Origin: Chloroflexota bacterium
GTDB taxonomy: Bacteria; Chloroflexota; Anaerolineae; J102
Direction of reading: 5' to 3'
DNA length: 64,000 nucleotides
Assembly: GCA_041918515.1 (NCBI GenBank)
Contig: JAYRVO010000170.1
Span: 3,526 to 67,525 of the forward strand
Below the pieces are notes generated by a model, which worked only from the letters and a program-made list of their open reading frames with translations, had not been told where the DNA came from and searched no databases. How positions within the stretch are numbered: position 1 is the stretch's first letter; each line of letters opens with the position of its first letter. The translations under genes were made by a program, and so were the position numbers. This document shows positions 49,161 through 59,320 of this stretch, piece by piece.

Positions 49161-51200
49161 TCAGTTTGCTCGCTGCTCGAGGCCAGCCAGCCTTGACCGG
49201 ATAGCTTCTACCTCTGCCAGCCATAACGCGGGGCTGGCGTCGCTGGGCATGCGCCAATCGCCGCGCGGCGAGAGAGCCACCGAACCGACTTTGGGGCCAT
49301 CGGGCATGGCCGAGCGTTTGAATTGCTGGCTGAAGAAGCGGCGGTAGAACACCTCCAGCCAGCGCAGGATCACATCGTCGGGATAATCGCCGGCGAAGGC
49401 TTGGCGGGCGAGCACAAAGACCTTGGTAGGGGGAAACTGAAAACGCACGGTTTGGTAGAGGAAGAAATCGTGCAGTTCATAGGGACCAATCGCGTCCTCG
49501 GTTTTTTGCTCCAGCCCGCCGCTCGCGTTCAGCGGCAACAGCTCGGGCGTGATCGGCGTGGCGCAAATGTCGTGCAGGATAGCGGCGGTCTCGCCACTGA
49601 ACTCGGCGTCAGCCACCCATGCCACGAGATAGCGCACGAGCGTTTTGGGCACGCCGGCGTTGACATGATACATGCTCATGTGATCGCCATTGTACGTCAG
49701 CCAGCCCAGCGCCAACTCCGACAGATCACCGGTGCCGACGACGAAGCCGCCGATCTGGTTGGCCACATCCATGAGGATTTGCGTGCGTTCGCGTGCCTGC
49801 GCGTTCTCGTATGTCACGTCGTGCATGTTCTCGTCGTGGCCGATGTCGCGGAAGTGTTGGCGCACGGCTTCGGCGATGGGAATGGTGCGCAGCGTCACGC
49901 CCAGCGCCTCGGCCAGTTTGACCGCGTTGCTCTTGGTGCGGGCGGTAGTGCCGAACCCCGGCATAGTGATGGCGACGATGCCCGCGCGCGGCAGCCCCAG
50001 CTTGTCGAAGGCTTTGGCCGCTACGAGCAAGGCCAGGGTCGAGTCCAGCCCGCCGGAAACGCCGAGAGTGATGGTGCGTGCGCCCGTGTGCCGCAGACGT
50101 TTGGCCAATCCTGTGGCCTGGATGCTGAAGATCTCCCGGCAATGCTCGGCGCGACGAGCGGGATCAGCCGGGACGAAGGGGGTGCGCGAGAGTTGCGGGC
50201 GAATGAGGTCTAGACCTTTAGGGTCTCCGGAGACCCTATAAGTCTCTTCACCTGGGAGCGTAAACGAAATGGCGCGGAATGGGCGTCCGGCGCTCGAGGC
50301 TGAATAGGTGCTGTTCTTCAGGCGCTCGTGCACCAGACGCTGCATATCCACGTCGGCGATGGCCACTTGCGTATCGAAATGAAAACGCTCGGTTTCGGCC
50401 AGGAGGGCGCCGTTTTCGGCGATCAGCGAGTGTCCGGCCCACACCGTGTCAGTAGTCGCTTCACCCGCGCCGGCGCCGGCGTATAAGTATGCGGCCAGAC
50501 AGCGCGCCGACTGCTGCCGCACCAGCTCGCGGCGATACTCGACCTTGCCCAATAACTCGTTGCTGGCCGAAGCATTCAGCAGGAGGGTGGCTCCAGCCAG
50601 GGCCATGTCGCCGCTGGGCGGGTTCACCGCCCACAGGTCTTCACAGATCTCGATGCCGATCGTGCAGCCGGGCATATTTTCGGCTGGAAAGATCAGGTCG
50701 ACGCCGAAAGGCGCGCTCTGATCCCCAACCGGCACCGAATCAACTGCAGCCCAGGCGCCGCCGGTGAACCAACGCTCCTCGTAGAATTCATTGGTTGTGG
50801 GCAGATAGGTCTTGGGGACGATGCCGATGACCCGACCTGCGGCCAGCAAGGCGACGCAGTTGAATAGCTTGCCCCCGACTTCGAGCGGCAAGCCGACCAC
50901 GGCGGCAATATCGTGCTGGGCGGCGGTTTCAGCCAGGGGAATGAGCGCGGCGCGGGCGCGGTCGAGCAGCAGGGATTGGTAGAACAGATCGGCGCAGGAA
51001 TAGCCGGTGAGAGAGAGTTCAGGGAAAAGGGCCAGCCGGCAGCCCCGACCAGCAGCCTGACCCAGCGCGTCGACGATGGTCCGGACGTTGAAGTCCACAT
51101 CGGCCACGCCTAGCTCCGGTGAGATCACGGCGACGCGAACGAAACCGAGCGCGGCGGGGACGAAGATATCTGTTCCGAGTAATAGTGGAGATCGTTTCAT
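49161..51200 (-). CDS. nadE: glutamine-dependent NAD+ synthetase (N-terminal CN-hydrolase domain plus NadE)
   Basis: A nitrilase-family N-terminus ([11 protein letters not shown]) with the NAD-synthase PP-loop ([14 protein letters not shown]). The start was moved to the ATG at 51200 (MKRSPLLLG). Confidence 0.85.
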   Translation of the reverse strand: MKRSPLLLGTDIFVPAALGFVRVAVISPELGVADVDFNVRTIVDALGQAAGRGCRLALFPELSLTGYSCADLFYQSLLLDRARAALIPLAETAAQHDIAAVVGLPLEVGGKLFNCVALLAAGRVIGIVPKTYLPTTNEFYEERWFTGGAWAAVDSVPVGDQSAPFGVDLIFPAENMPGCTIGIEICEDLWAVNPPSGDMALAGATLLLNASASNELLGKVEYRRELVRQQSARCLAAYLYAGAGAGEATTDTVWAGHSLIAENGALLAETERFHFDTQVAIADVDMQRLVHERLKNSTYSASSAGRPFRAISFTLPGEETYRVSGDPKGLDLIRPQLSRTPFVPADPARRAEHCREIFSIQATGLAKRLRHTGARTITLGVSGGLDSTLALLVAAKAFDKLGLPRAGIVAITMPGFGTTARTKSNAVKLAEALGVTLRTIPIAEAVRQHFRDIGHDENMHDVTYENAQARERTQILMDVANQIGGFVVGTGDLSELALGWLTYNGDHMSMYHVNAGVPKTLVRYLVAWVADAEFSGETAAILHDICATPITPELLPLNASGGLEQKTEDAIGPYELHDFFLYQTVRFQFPPTKVFVLARQAFAGDYPDDVILRWLEVFYRRFFSQQFKRSAMPDGPKVGSVALSPRGDWRMPSDASPALWLAEVEAIRSRLAGLEQRAN

Positions 51201-51347
51201 GCGAGTTTTCGGTGGAGAAGAGTAATCGATGTGTTCACGACATATCATACGTCGAATCCGGCGTTGTCGAAAGCGGGCGGCTGAGCAAATGGATGTGATA
51301 TACTCAGCTATCGATATTGGCGTTCGGATACATGGAGGCAAAAGCGG

Positions 51348-52388
51348 TTGATTGTGGATAATAGCAAGTTGGAACCCACAACTCGTTACAAAACCGTGTT
51401 CACCAGCGAACGCGGCCATCGGCATCAACAAGTGGCGCTGGCGGCTGCACCCGCCTTTCTCGACATTACCATGCTGCGCCAGCCCGACCGGACCACCCTG
51501 TTGGCGACCCTGGCCGAGGCCGAGTTTTTCATCTCGGAACGCGTGGGCGTCATCGATGCCGGCATGATCGCGGCGGCGCCAAAACTCAAATTGATTCAGC
51601 GGCTGGGTTCAGCGACGTTCGATATCGACGACGAGGCGGCGAAAGCAGCCGGGGTGATCGTCTGCCGGTGGCCGCTGAGAGGCGCCATCCGTGTGGCCGA
51701 GCATATGATCATGCAGATGCTGGTTCTGAGCAAGAAGTTGCGCGAGACCGAGGCCCTTGCTCTGGAAGCCAGCGAGTGCTGGGGCGAGAGCAAACGCACG
51801 GACGAGGACGCGTTTGCATATAATTGGTCGGGGCGGACGCATGTAGACGGCCTCTGGCAACGCACCATTGGCATCTTGGGTTTTGGCGAGATCGGGGCCG
51901 AGCTTGCCCGCCGCTTGCAGGGTTGGGATGTGACTCTGCTCTATACCAAGCGCCAGCGCCTGCCGGCGCCGCAAGAGCGGGAACTGAACCTGACCTACGT
52001 AGACAAAGACGCCCTCTTTCGCCAGAGCGACGTCGTCGCCAATCTGCTGCCTTATTCCCCCGTCACGGATCATCTGATCGACGCTAGCTACTTTGCTCGC
52101 ATGAAGGACGGCGCTTCTATCGTCAGTTGCGGCAGTGGCAGCGTCATCGACGAAGCTGCGCTCGCCGAGGCCATCCGTTCGGGCAAGCTGGCTGGTTGCG
52201 CGCTCGACACGTTCGAGTGGGAGCCGTTGCAGGCCGATCATTCGCTCCTGGCCCTGGCCAGAGCCGGCTATAACGTCCTCCTGACCCCGCACATTGCCGC
52301 CGGCTCCGCCGCGGGCGAGCGGCTCAATGACTACGCCAATATCGTCAATTTTATTGAGGGCAAGCCTTTGCGCTATCGCGTCGTGTAG
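51348..52388 (+). CDS. D-isomer-specific 2-hydroxyacid dehydrogenase family protein
   Basis: NAD-binding [13 protein letters not shown] and the catalytic domain pattern. TTG start, with GGAGG 9 nt upstream. Confidence 0.7.
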   Translation: MIVDNSKLEPTTRYKTVFTSERGHRHQQVALAAAPAFLDITMLRQPDRTTLLATLAEAEFFISERVGVIDAGMIAAAPKLKLIQRLGSATFDIDDEAAKAAGVIVCRWPLRGAIRVAEHMIMQMLVLSKKLRETEALALEASECWGESKRTDEDAFAYNWSGRTHVDGLWQRTIGILGFGEIGAELARRLQGWDVTLLYTKRQRLPAPQERELNLTYVDKDALFRQSDVVANLLPYSPVTDHLIDASYFARMKDGASIVSCGSGSVIDEAALAEAIRSGKLAGCALDTFEWEPLQADHSLLALARAGYNVLLTPHIAAGSAAGERLNDYANIVNFIEGKPLRYRVV

Positions 52389-52466
52389 GCAGTCAGAAAG
52401 AGAGAGAATGCTTGCCCGCTGCGTTCTCATTGCCCTCGTTTATAATGATAAGCGCCTGCGGCGCCG

Positions 52467-53399
52467 ATGCCATCCTCGCTTTCCCCGTCTCCGTTCTCGT
52501 TCATGCCCCATCTCACCCTGCTTTTCCTCGCAGCCTTCATGATCGGCCAGCCACCCACCCCTCACTCGCAAGCTGGCGAAAGTGCCGGGGACGAACGATT
52601 GGTCGTCATCAACGCCAACTACGAACTTTTCGTCCTTGCACTCGTCTTGCTTTCAATCGTGAACTCGGTTGCACTGAGGTTCACACTGGGGACCGAGCAA
52701 AGACGAGTGATCGTCATCATCAATCTGTGCATCAGCATCTTTTTGATCCTGGATGCCATCATCCGCTTCGTCCGGGCACTGAACAAACGCCGCTTCTTGG
52801 TGACATTGAACGGCTGGCTCTACTTTGTCGGCAGCCTGCCCATCCCTTTCTTCGGCCTCTTCCGCTTGCTGCAAACGGGCTTGATGGCTCGCACGCTGCG
52901 GCGGTCGGATTATTCCATCATGGGCCAGGTGGTGGTCAAGCGCCGGGCGCAGAGCACGCTGCTGATGATCCTCCTCGCCGTCATCCTCGTGCTGGAGCTG
53001 GGCGCCATCCTCATCTTGCGGGTGGAACAAGGGACAGAAGCCGCCAACATCAAAACGGCCTCGGACGCCCTTTGGTGGGGCATCGTCACCGTCGCCACCA
53101 TCGGCTATGGCGACCGCTATCCGGTCAGCAACGAAGGCCGGGTAGTGGGCGTTTTCATGATTGTGGCCGGTGTGGCTTTGTTCAGCGCCATCACCAGCTT
53201 CCTGGCCCAATGGTTCCTCACCCCACGCCGGGCTTCTCGGCGCGCGTCCAGGTTGCCACAAGTCCAGACTCCCAGCCCCGCCGATCAGATTGCCCCCCTC
53301 CGCCAACTCCTGCAAGAGCGCGAGACAGCCAATCAGGAGTGGATGGCCGAGATGGAGGCCAGACTCTCCGCCCTCGAAGACGCCCTCAAGCCCCACTGA
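52467..53399 (+). CDS. potassium channel (6-TM type with a TIGYGD selectivity filter)
   Basis: The pore signature is TVATIGYGD. An S4-like segment carries spaced Arg residues. C-terminal coiled coil. A TATAAT lies at 52440-52445. Confidence 0.8.
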   Translation: MPSSLSPSPFSFMPHLTLLFLAAFMIGQPPTPHSQAGESAGDERLVVINANYELFVLALVLLSIVNSVALRFTLGTEQRRVIVIINLCISIFLILDAIIRFVRALNKRRFLVTLNGWLYFVGSLPIPFFGLFRLLQTGLMARTLRRSDYSIMGQVVVKRRAQSTLLMILLAVILVLELGAILILRVEQGTEAANIKTASDALWWGIVTVATIGYGDRYPVSNEGRVVGVFMIVAGVALFSAITSFLAQWFLTPRRASRRASRLPQVQTPSPADQIAPLRQLLQERETANQEWMAEMEARLSALEDALKPH

Positions 53400-53429
53400 C
53401 GCTCAACCTGGACCTCCGCCCTCAGCCCC

Positions 53430-54188
53430 ATGCCCGCTCTCACCCCCTACTTCCTCATGGCCGTGCTTGTGGCCTTCATGATCGGCCTATCCAAAGGCGG
53501 ACTCGGCGGCACACTGGGCGCGTTGGCGGCGCCGCTGATGGCGCTGGTCATGCCCGCCAACAAAGTCATCGGCCTGCTGCTGCCGGTGCTCATGTTCGCG
53601 GATGTGTTCGCTGTGGCCTTGCATTGGCGGCGATGGGATCGTCGCATCATCATCCTGCTCGTGCCAGCGTCATTGGTCGGGGTCATTGCAGGTACGTTCT
53701 TTCTTACGCACGTCTCGCCTAACACGCTCAAGCTGGTGCTAGGCATCATCACCCTGATTTTCGCCAGCTATAAGTTGTTGGAAAGCCGCATTCATCGCTC
53801 GGTTGGATACCAGCCGCGCGATTGGCATGGCTATGTGGCGGGTGGGGTGGCGGGTTTCTCCTCGACGCTGGCGCACAATGGCGGCCCGCCAGCCAGCATC
53901 TATCTCCTGCTGCAAGACATAACCCCGCGCGCTTTCATCGCTACCTCTGCCCTGTTTTTCATGATTCTGAACTGGCTGAAAGTGCCGTTCTATTGGCGCT
54001 CCGGCCTGTTCAATTTTCCCGACTTACGCACGATTGCTTTGCCGGTGCTGGTGCTCGTGCCCATCGGGGTGTGGGTGGGCCGTTGGATTGGCTTGCGCCT
54101 GAACAAGCGCACCTTCGAGCAGGTCATCGTGGTGCTGCTGCTGTGCTCTGGCATCTTGCTGATCTACCAGGTGGCGACGGCGGCCTAA
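53430..54188 (+). CDS. TauE/SafE-family (DUF81) anion exporter
   Basis: Two internally repeated 4-TM halves, with family motifs GGLGGTLGALAAPLM...NGGPPASIYL. Confidence 0.7.
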   Translation: MPALTPYFLMAVLVAFMIGLSKGGLGGTLGALAAPLMALVMPANKVIGLLLPVLMFADVFAVALHWRRWDRRIIILLVPASLVGVIAGTFFLTHVSPNTLKLVLGIITLIFASYKLLESRIHRSVGYQPRDWHGYVAGGVAGFSSTLAHNGGPPASIYLLLQDITPRAFIATSALFFMILNWLKVPFYWRSGLFNFPDLRTIALPVLVLVPIGVWVGRWIGLRLNKRTFEQVIVVLLLCSGILLIYQVATAA

Positions 54189-54242
54189 CCGCCACGACCC
54201 CCTGCCTTAGCGAGCTGCCTTCAATCGAGCGAGAATTTGACG

Positions 54243-54251
54243 ATGGTATAA
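54243..54251 (+). promoter_or_regulatory. extended -10 promoter TGGTATAAT upstream of the mazEF-like pair
   Basis: ATGGTATAATC lies about 40 nt before the ATG at 54292. Confidence 0.35.
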
Positions 54252-54291
54252 TCAATCGTTATACTATTGGTATGAATATGGGTACCGAATC

Positions 54292-54546
54292 ATGACGCAC
54301 ATCAAGACCGCAGTTTCTCTGGATCAAGTTCTCTTCAAACAAGCCGAAGTTCTTGCTGAAGAGATGCACATCTCGCGCAGCCGTTTGTTTGTGCTTGCCC
54401 TCGAGGATTTCATTCGCCATTACGAAAATCGGCAACTTCTCGCACAGATCGATCGCGCTTATGCAGACACCCCGGACGCTGACGAGCAAAAGCAAGTGAG
54501 TGGGATGAGGCGTTTGCATCGCCAAGCTGTGGAGGGTGGATGGTGA
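54292..54546 (+). CDS. type II antitoxin (ribbon-helix-helix, MazE/CopG-like) of the downstream MazF-family toxin
   Basis: An 84-aa ORF whose stop TGA overlaps the toxin's ATG (ATGGTGA). The N-terminus has an RHH-like pattern. Confidence 0.55.
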   Translation: MTHIKTAVSLDQVLFKQAEVLAEEMHISRSRLFVLALEDFIRHYENRQLLAQIDRAYADTPDADEQKQVSGMRRLHRQAVEGGW

Positions 54547-54896
54547 TCAGCCAGGGCGACGTATACTGGATCGATCTGGGCGAACCACTGGGATCCGCCC
54601 CAGGTTACTTGCACCCGCACGTCGTCATCCAAAACAATGTCTTTAATCGTAGCCGCATCAATACAGTTTTGGTGTGTGCGCTGACTTCCAACCTGAAACG
54701 CGCCGGTGCCCCCGGCAACGTCCTGCTGGAGCCGGGCGAAGCCAATCTCCCCAAACAAAGCGTCGTGATGGTTTCGCAGATGTTCACGGTCGATAAAAGC
54801 CAGCTTGGCGAGTACGTCGGCAAGCTATCACCGAAGCGGGTCCGTCAGGTTTTGGATGGCATTCACCTGTTGGTCGAGCCGCGAGATACTGACTGA
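54540..54896 (+). CDS. MazF/PemK-family endoribonuclease toxin
   Basis: N-terminal ISQGDVYWIDLGEPLGSAPGYLHPHVVIQNNVFN is the PemK/MazF-fold signature. Confidence 0.75.
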   Translation: MVISQGDVYWIDLGEPLGSAPGYLHPHVVIQNNVFNRSRINTVLVCALTSNLKRAGAPGNVLLEPGEANLPKQSVVMVSQMFTVDKSQLGEYVGKLSPKRVRQVLDGIHLLVEPRDTD

Positions 54897-54908
54897 AGGA
54901 GCTAACCC

Positions 54909-56114
54909 ATGACCGCACCCATCGTCCTCGTTGGCGCCCTCGATACCAAAGGCGCCGAATTTCAATTTGTCCGCGAATTGCTGCAAGCGCAGGGACTCGA
55001 CACCGTCCTTGTCGATTTCGGCGTGCTGGGCGACCCGCCTTTCCCGCCCGATGTGAGCAACGACGAGGTAGCCCACGCCGGCGGCAGCAGCATCGCCGAG
55101 CTGCGCAGTAAGGCCGACAAGACCTTTGCCATGCGCACCATGTCCGATGGGCTGGCGAAAGTGGTGACCGATTTGTACGAAGCGGGACGGCTGGGCGGCA
55201 TCCTGGGTATGGCCGGGAGCGGCGGCACCGCCATCGCCACCGCCGGGATGCGAGCCTTGCCCACGGGCGTACCCAAGCTCATGGTTTCGACCATCGCCGC
55301 CGGCGACATCGCCCCGTATGTGGGCACGAAAGACATCACCATGATGCCGTCGGTGGTGGATGTGGCCGGGATCAATCGCTTCAGCCGCCAGATTTACGCC
55401 AATGCCGCCGGAGCCATCGCCGGGATGGTCAAAATCGAAGCGCCCGCCGCCGCTGCCGACAAACCCCTGATCACGGCCAGCATGTTCGGCAACACCACGC
55501 CTTGCGTCAGCCACGCCCAAAAATTGCTCGAAGGCCAGGGCTACGAGGTGCTGATCTTCCACGCCACCGGCGCCGGGGGCAGGACGATGGAATCGCTGAT
55601 CGAGGCCGGTTTCATCACCGCCAATCTCGATCTCACCACCACCGAGCTGGCGGATGAAGTGTGCGGTGGCGTGCTCAGCGCCGGCCCCGACCGGTTATTG
55701 GCCTCGGCCCGCCGCGGCGTCCCCACCGTAATCGCTCCCGGCTGCGTGGACATGGCCAATTTCTGGGCGCGGGGCACAGTGCCGGAGCATTATCGCCACC
55801 GCAACCTGTACGAGTGGAACCCGAACGTGACGCTGATGCGTACGAACGTGGCCGAAAACCAGCGCATCGGCGAGCTCATCGCCGCCGCCGCCAATGTCTC
55901 GACCGGCCCCGTCGCCATCCTGCTCCCGCTCAAGGGCGTGTCGCAACTCGATAGCCCCGGCGGTGCTTTCTGGGACCCGGAGGCCGACGCCGCCTGCTAC
56001 GATGCCATCAAAGCCAACCTGCGGCCCGGCATCCCCGTCATCGAAATGGACAACAACATCAACGATCCGGTTTTTGCCGAGAAGGCGGTGAAGTTGTTGC
56101 TGAGCATGGTATAA
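54909..56114 (+). CDS. UPF0261 (Tm-1-like) nucleotide-binding protein
   Basis: MTAPIVLVGALDTKGAEF...GILGMAGSGGTAIATAGMRALPTGVPKLMVST matches UPF0261/Tm-1 N-domain homologs. Confidence 0.7.
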   Translation: MTAPIVLVGALDTKGAEFQFVRELLQAQGLDTVLVDFGVLGDPPFPPDVSNDEVAHAGGSSIAELRSKADKTFAMRTMSDGLAKVVTDLYEAGRLGGILGMAGSGGTAIATAGMRALPTGVPKLMVSTIAAGDIAPYVGTKDITMMPSVVDVAGINRFSRQIYANAAGAIAGMVKIEAPAAAADKPLITASMFGNTTPCVSHAQKLLEGQGYEVLIFHATGAGGRTMESLIEAGFITANLDLTTTELADEVCGGVLSAGPDRLLASARRGVPTVIAPGCVDMANFWARGTVPEHYRHRNLYEWNPNVTLMRTNVAENQRIGELIAAAANVSTGPVAILLPLKGVSQLDSPGGAFWDPEADAACYDAIKANLRPGIPVIEMDNNINDPVFAEKAVKLLLSMV

Positions 56115-56121
56115 TTGCCCC

Positions 56122-56343
56122 ATGTTGCACCGCCATCTCACCCATCAGCAGTTCACCCTGGCCGCCATCGACGACATCATCGCCCGCGGCAAGCGGCAGG
56201 ATTGGGCGGCGTTGCGCCAAGCGGTGTTGGCGGATCAAGCCCTGCTGGAAAAAGTGCTGCGCGTCTGCCAAGCACACGCGGTCGATCCCTACGCTCAGCG
56301 CTATCATTTCTGGAAGCAGTATGCCGAACGACACCTGGCCTGA
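56122..56343 (+). CDS. small hypothetical protein, possible cognate partner of the downstream nucleotidyltransferase
   Basis: A 73-aa ORF whose 3' end overlaps the next gene by 23 nt. No family call. Confidence 0.35.
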   Translation: MLHRHLTHQQFTLAAIDDIIARGKRQDWAALRQAVLADQALLEKVLRVCQAHAVDPYAQRYHFWKQYAERHLA

Positions 56344-57010
56344 TTGGGAGCAAGTTCTGGCCGCGGCTGCACATCTTCAGCGCATCTTGCCAGGAGCGGT
56401 TCTCGTCGGCGGAAGCGCCGCGGCAGTGTACGCTGCTCATCGCCTGTCCACCGACGCCGACCATGTGTTGACCGATCTCCAGCAACATTTCGATCAGACG
56501 CTGACCGAATTGGAGGCGGTGGCGGGCTGGAAGACTGCTCGCGTCAGGCGTCCAGTGCAGATTCTCGGCAGCCTGGATGGCATCGAAACGGGAGTGAGGC
56601 AACTGATCCGGGATGAGCCGCTCGAAACCGTTCAAATCGAGTACATGGGGCAGGTGCTCACGTTGCCGACAGAAGCGGAAATGCTGCGGATCAAGGGCGT
56701 GCTCATCTTGCGGCGAAATGCGACCCGCGACTATCTCGATTTCGTCGCTCTAGCCGATCACTTGGGTGCTGAGGGAATGATCGAGGCCCTGCGGCCATTT
56801 GACCTTCTTTACCCGCAGCCCAATGACGAATCGGCATTGCAGCAATTGCAGATCCAGCTTGCCAATCCACTGCCCTACGACATCGAAGAGCTAAACCTGG
56901 CCGAATACAAAAACCTGGATCCGCGCTGGTGCAATTGGCAGACCGTCAAGGCCGTGTGCGCCGAATGCGCAACTCTGATCTTTGACTACATTGTTGGTCT
57001 GGATGAGTGA
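56321..57010 (+). CDS. nucleotidyltransferase of the AbiEii/AbiGii toxin family (DUF1814-like)
   Basis: VLVGGSAAAVYAAHRLSTDADHVL fits the GG(T/S)A...HR.S.D.D core of AbiEii-family NTases. Confidence 0.5.
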   Translation: MPNDTWPDWEQVLAAAAHLQRILPGAVLVGGSAAAVYAAHRLSTDADHVLTDLQQHFDQTLTELEAVAGWKTARVRRPVQILGSLDGIETGVRQLIRDEPLETVQIEYMGQVLTLPTEAEMLRIKGVLILRRNATRDYLDFVALADHLGAEGMIEALRPFDLLYPQPNDESALQQLQIQLANPLPYDIEELNLAEYKNLDPRWCNWQTVKAVCAECATLIFDYIVGLDE

Positions 57011-57070
57011 TCTGGAGGCTCGAATCTGCCTGACCTCACTTTTCACTTTCCTCCTTCTGCTCCATCGCGT

Positions 57071-57715
57071 ATGCCCCTATCCACCACCCTCCTCCTCGTC
57101 CGCCACGGCGAGACCACCGACAATGCCGAACGACGCCCGCGCGGACAAGGGCATGGCGCCCTCAATGAGCTGGGCCTGGCTCAAGCCGATGCCATTGGAC
57201 GCCGCCTGGCGAGGGTCGAATTCTCACATCTCTACAGCAGCGACCTGCACCGGGCCGAGCAGACAGCGCGGGCCATCGCCAGTTTGACGGGACACGAGAT
57301 GCGCACTTGCACATGTCTGCGCGAGCGGCATTTCGGCGTCTGGCAGGGCCAGCTCTGGTCGGAGATCAAGACGACGTATCCCGAAACCTGGGCGGCGTAT
57401 CACGCTGGCGACCCGGATATGCAGATGCCGGACGGAGAAAGCACGCGGCAATTGCAGCAGCGCAGCGTCGAATGCCTGGAAGCCATCGCTCGCCAGAATC
57501 CGGGCGAGCAAATCGTCGTGGTCACACACGGCGGCGTCATCAACAGCTTGTTGCGTCACACGCTGGGCATTCCCTTGGGCCAACCGAAGCGATTCGAATC
57601 GCAGAATGCCTCGTTGAACATCTTTCGTTTCGAGGCAGATCGCTGGTTTTTGGAGACATGGGGGGATGTCAGCCATTTGGCGGGGTTGGGGGAGGGGGCG
57701 GGTGGGGAGTCGTAA
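57071..57715 (+). CDS. histidine phosphatase family protein (phosphoglycerate mutase-like)
   Basis: The RHG catalytic motif (LLLVRHGETTDN) with downstream His. Confidence 0.75.
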   Translation: MPLSTTLLLVRHGETTDNAERRPRGQGHGALNELGLAQADAIGRRLARVEFSHLYSSDLHRAEQTARAIASLTGHEMRTCTCLRERHFGVWQGQLWSEIKTTYPETWAAYHAGDPDMQMPDGESTRQLQQRSVECLEAIARQNPGEQIVVVTHGGVINSLLRHTLGIPLGQPKRFESQNASLNIFRFEADRWFLETWGDVSHLAGLGEGAGGES

Positions 57716-57738
57716 CGCGGCTCGCATTCTGGTGGATT

Positions 57739-58264
57739 TTAGAACCGGCTGAGATCATCGACCAGGCGCACATAGAGCTGCCATTGCCGGCCATAGGGAT
57801 CGCTGGCCAACAAAGCTTCTTCTTCGGTGAGTTGCCCCAGAAAGCCGTAGCCCTGTTGGACGCCCTGGAGGATCACTTCTGGGCTTTCGGCCGCTCCCCG
57901 CCGGATCAGGCGCTGCAAATCAGGCCATTCGTAATGAGTCGGCGGTGGCGTAGTAGTCGGCGGACGGGATGGCGAAGGTAATGCCATGATGAGCCTGACC
58001 ATGCAAACAGCCGATCAAGTCCAGCACGAACGCATCCGGCTTTGCATCGACGGTCGTAGTGAAATCCAGATCGAGGCTGAAACGCCCCTGCCCACCCAAG
58101 ATCAGTTTGCGGATCGCTGTGCCACCCTTGAAAGCCAATTGCGCCAGCAAGCCCTCGTCGGCCAGGATGCGCAGCACATAGGTCAGCACGATTTCCCGTT
58201 CAGCAATGTCCAGATCCACGCCAGCGTCCGCTGCATACCATTGCACCCAGCGTTTCTCGATCAT
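57739..58264 (-). pseudogene. AbiEii-family nucleotidyltransferase, apparently frameshifted or truncated
   Basis: The N-terminal 114-aa ORF (57920..58264) carries FKGGTAIRKLILGGQGRFSLDLDF, the AbiEii signature. Translation continues in a second frame (57739..58002). The 175-codon total is short for this family. Confidence 0.45.
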
Positions 58265-59085
58265 CAGTGCACCTCGATATCACCAAACAGCTCCCGTTGT
58301 GGCACGTTGTCCACTACTTGCCAGGTCGCGTTGAATTTTCCTCCGCGCCCCCAGCGGCCGGGTTGGCCAAGATAGCATGTGCTCCTCCCGATCCCATCCA
58401 GCAGCTGCCTGGATGCCTCGTCGTCTATTGGCAGACCAAGCAATTCGGCCAGATAGCCCAGACGCTGAACCAGGGATTGGGAGCGGAAGCGTAGCGCGTA
58501 GTCGGCCAGGCGATGCCAATCCAGCCGACCCCGCCCATGCCAAAGCATTGCCGCCACCTCCGAGATGTCACCGGCATACTGTGGCCGGTCGAGGCAGTCG
58601 AGAAGCGTTTTTTCAGGCTCGGCCATCTGTACACGACTGCCGTAAGCGTCTACCTCGGTTGCACCGAAGAACTTGTGCGGAGGTTGAGTCACCAAGCGGT
58701 ACTCCTTGTCACGCACGATCAGCGGTCCCTGGCGCCGTGCCGTTGTGGCAATGAAAACGGTTGCGGCTGCCTGTGTTGACAAGCCGTGGAAGAAGGCCGC
58801 CGTTGCATAGGAGAAGTAGTAGGGAGAGACCAGCACACTGCCGATGAAAAGGGGATTGGTGTCGGGGAACGCATAATCCCCTCGTTCGGCAGGAACCAAC
58901 TCGTACTTGCCCGCTACGATCGGCGCCAGCCAACGGCCACGCGCGAGCCGGGAGAGCACCTGGCGCGCCTGGTCGTAAGAGACGTTGAGGATCGCCATGG
59001 CTTCTTGAATGGTGACGACGGGCTGCTTCTCCCACTCCAGTTGAAGGATGAGTCGCGATTCTAGCGCAGAAAGAGGGCGTGCCAT
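58264..59085 (-). CDS. AbiEi-family antitoxin/transcriptional regulator (type IV TA system)
   Basis: A wHTH N-terminus (LSALESRLILQLEWEKQPVVTIQEAMAILNVSYDQARQVLSRLARGRW) plus a C-terminal AbiEi domain, immediately upstream of an AbiEii gene. Confidence 0.65.
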   Translation of the reverse strand: MARPLSALESRLILQLEWEKQPVVTIQEAMAILNVSYDQARQVLSRLARGRWLAPIVAGKYELVPAERGDYAFPDTNPLFIGSVLVSPYYFSYATAAFFHGLSTQAAATVFIATTARRQGPLIVRDKEYRLVTQPPHKFFGATEVDAYGSRVQMAEPEKTLLDCLDRPQYAGDISEVAAMLWHGRGRLDWHRLADYALRFRSQSLVQRLGYLAELLGLPIDDEASRQLLDGIGRSTCYLGQPGRWGRGGKFNATWQVVDNVPQRELFGDIEVH

Positions 59086-59103
59086 GGTAACTTTCTCTTA
59101 GAA

Positions 59104-59165
59104 ATAGTGGTATTTGTGACGGATTCAGTCACAAAAATGATTTTTTCTAAGAAGATCATAACTCA
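59104..59165. promoter_or_regulatory. nested inverted repeat (candidate AbiEi operator) in the divergent promoter region
   Basis: CTCTTAGAAA..TTGTGACggattcaGTCACAA..TTTCTAAGAAG. The 7-bp inner arms are perfect, with 8-bp outer arms, about 20 nt upstream of the AbiEi ATG. Confidence 0.5.
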
Positions 59166-59222
59166 AAGCTGCCAGGGGTGCAAGTCACGAGAAGCACCGC
59201 CCTCCGTGCTTCACTCACGCTC

Positions 59223-59251
59223 TTGACTTCACAAAGACACTCTGCTATGCT
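59223..59251 (+). promoter_or_regulatory. sigma70-like promoter TTGACT-17-TATGCT for the downstream hypothetical gene
   Basis: TTGACT at 59223-59228 and TATGCT at 59246-59251. Confidence 0.4.
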
Positions 59252-59320
59252 TGGTGGTAGGAGGTATGACCACATACCACCAAGCACCGAATCGATGCTT
59301 CACCTGTGATTTCAACGGAC

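Noticed and set aside
54909-56114. UPF0261 flagged as lacking its usual partner gene
   Set aside because: The frequent adjacent partner (the UPF0261-associated TIM-barrel protein) is absent. However, genes are often unlinked, so nothing notable can be concluded from the sequence alone.
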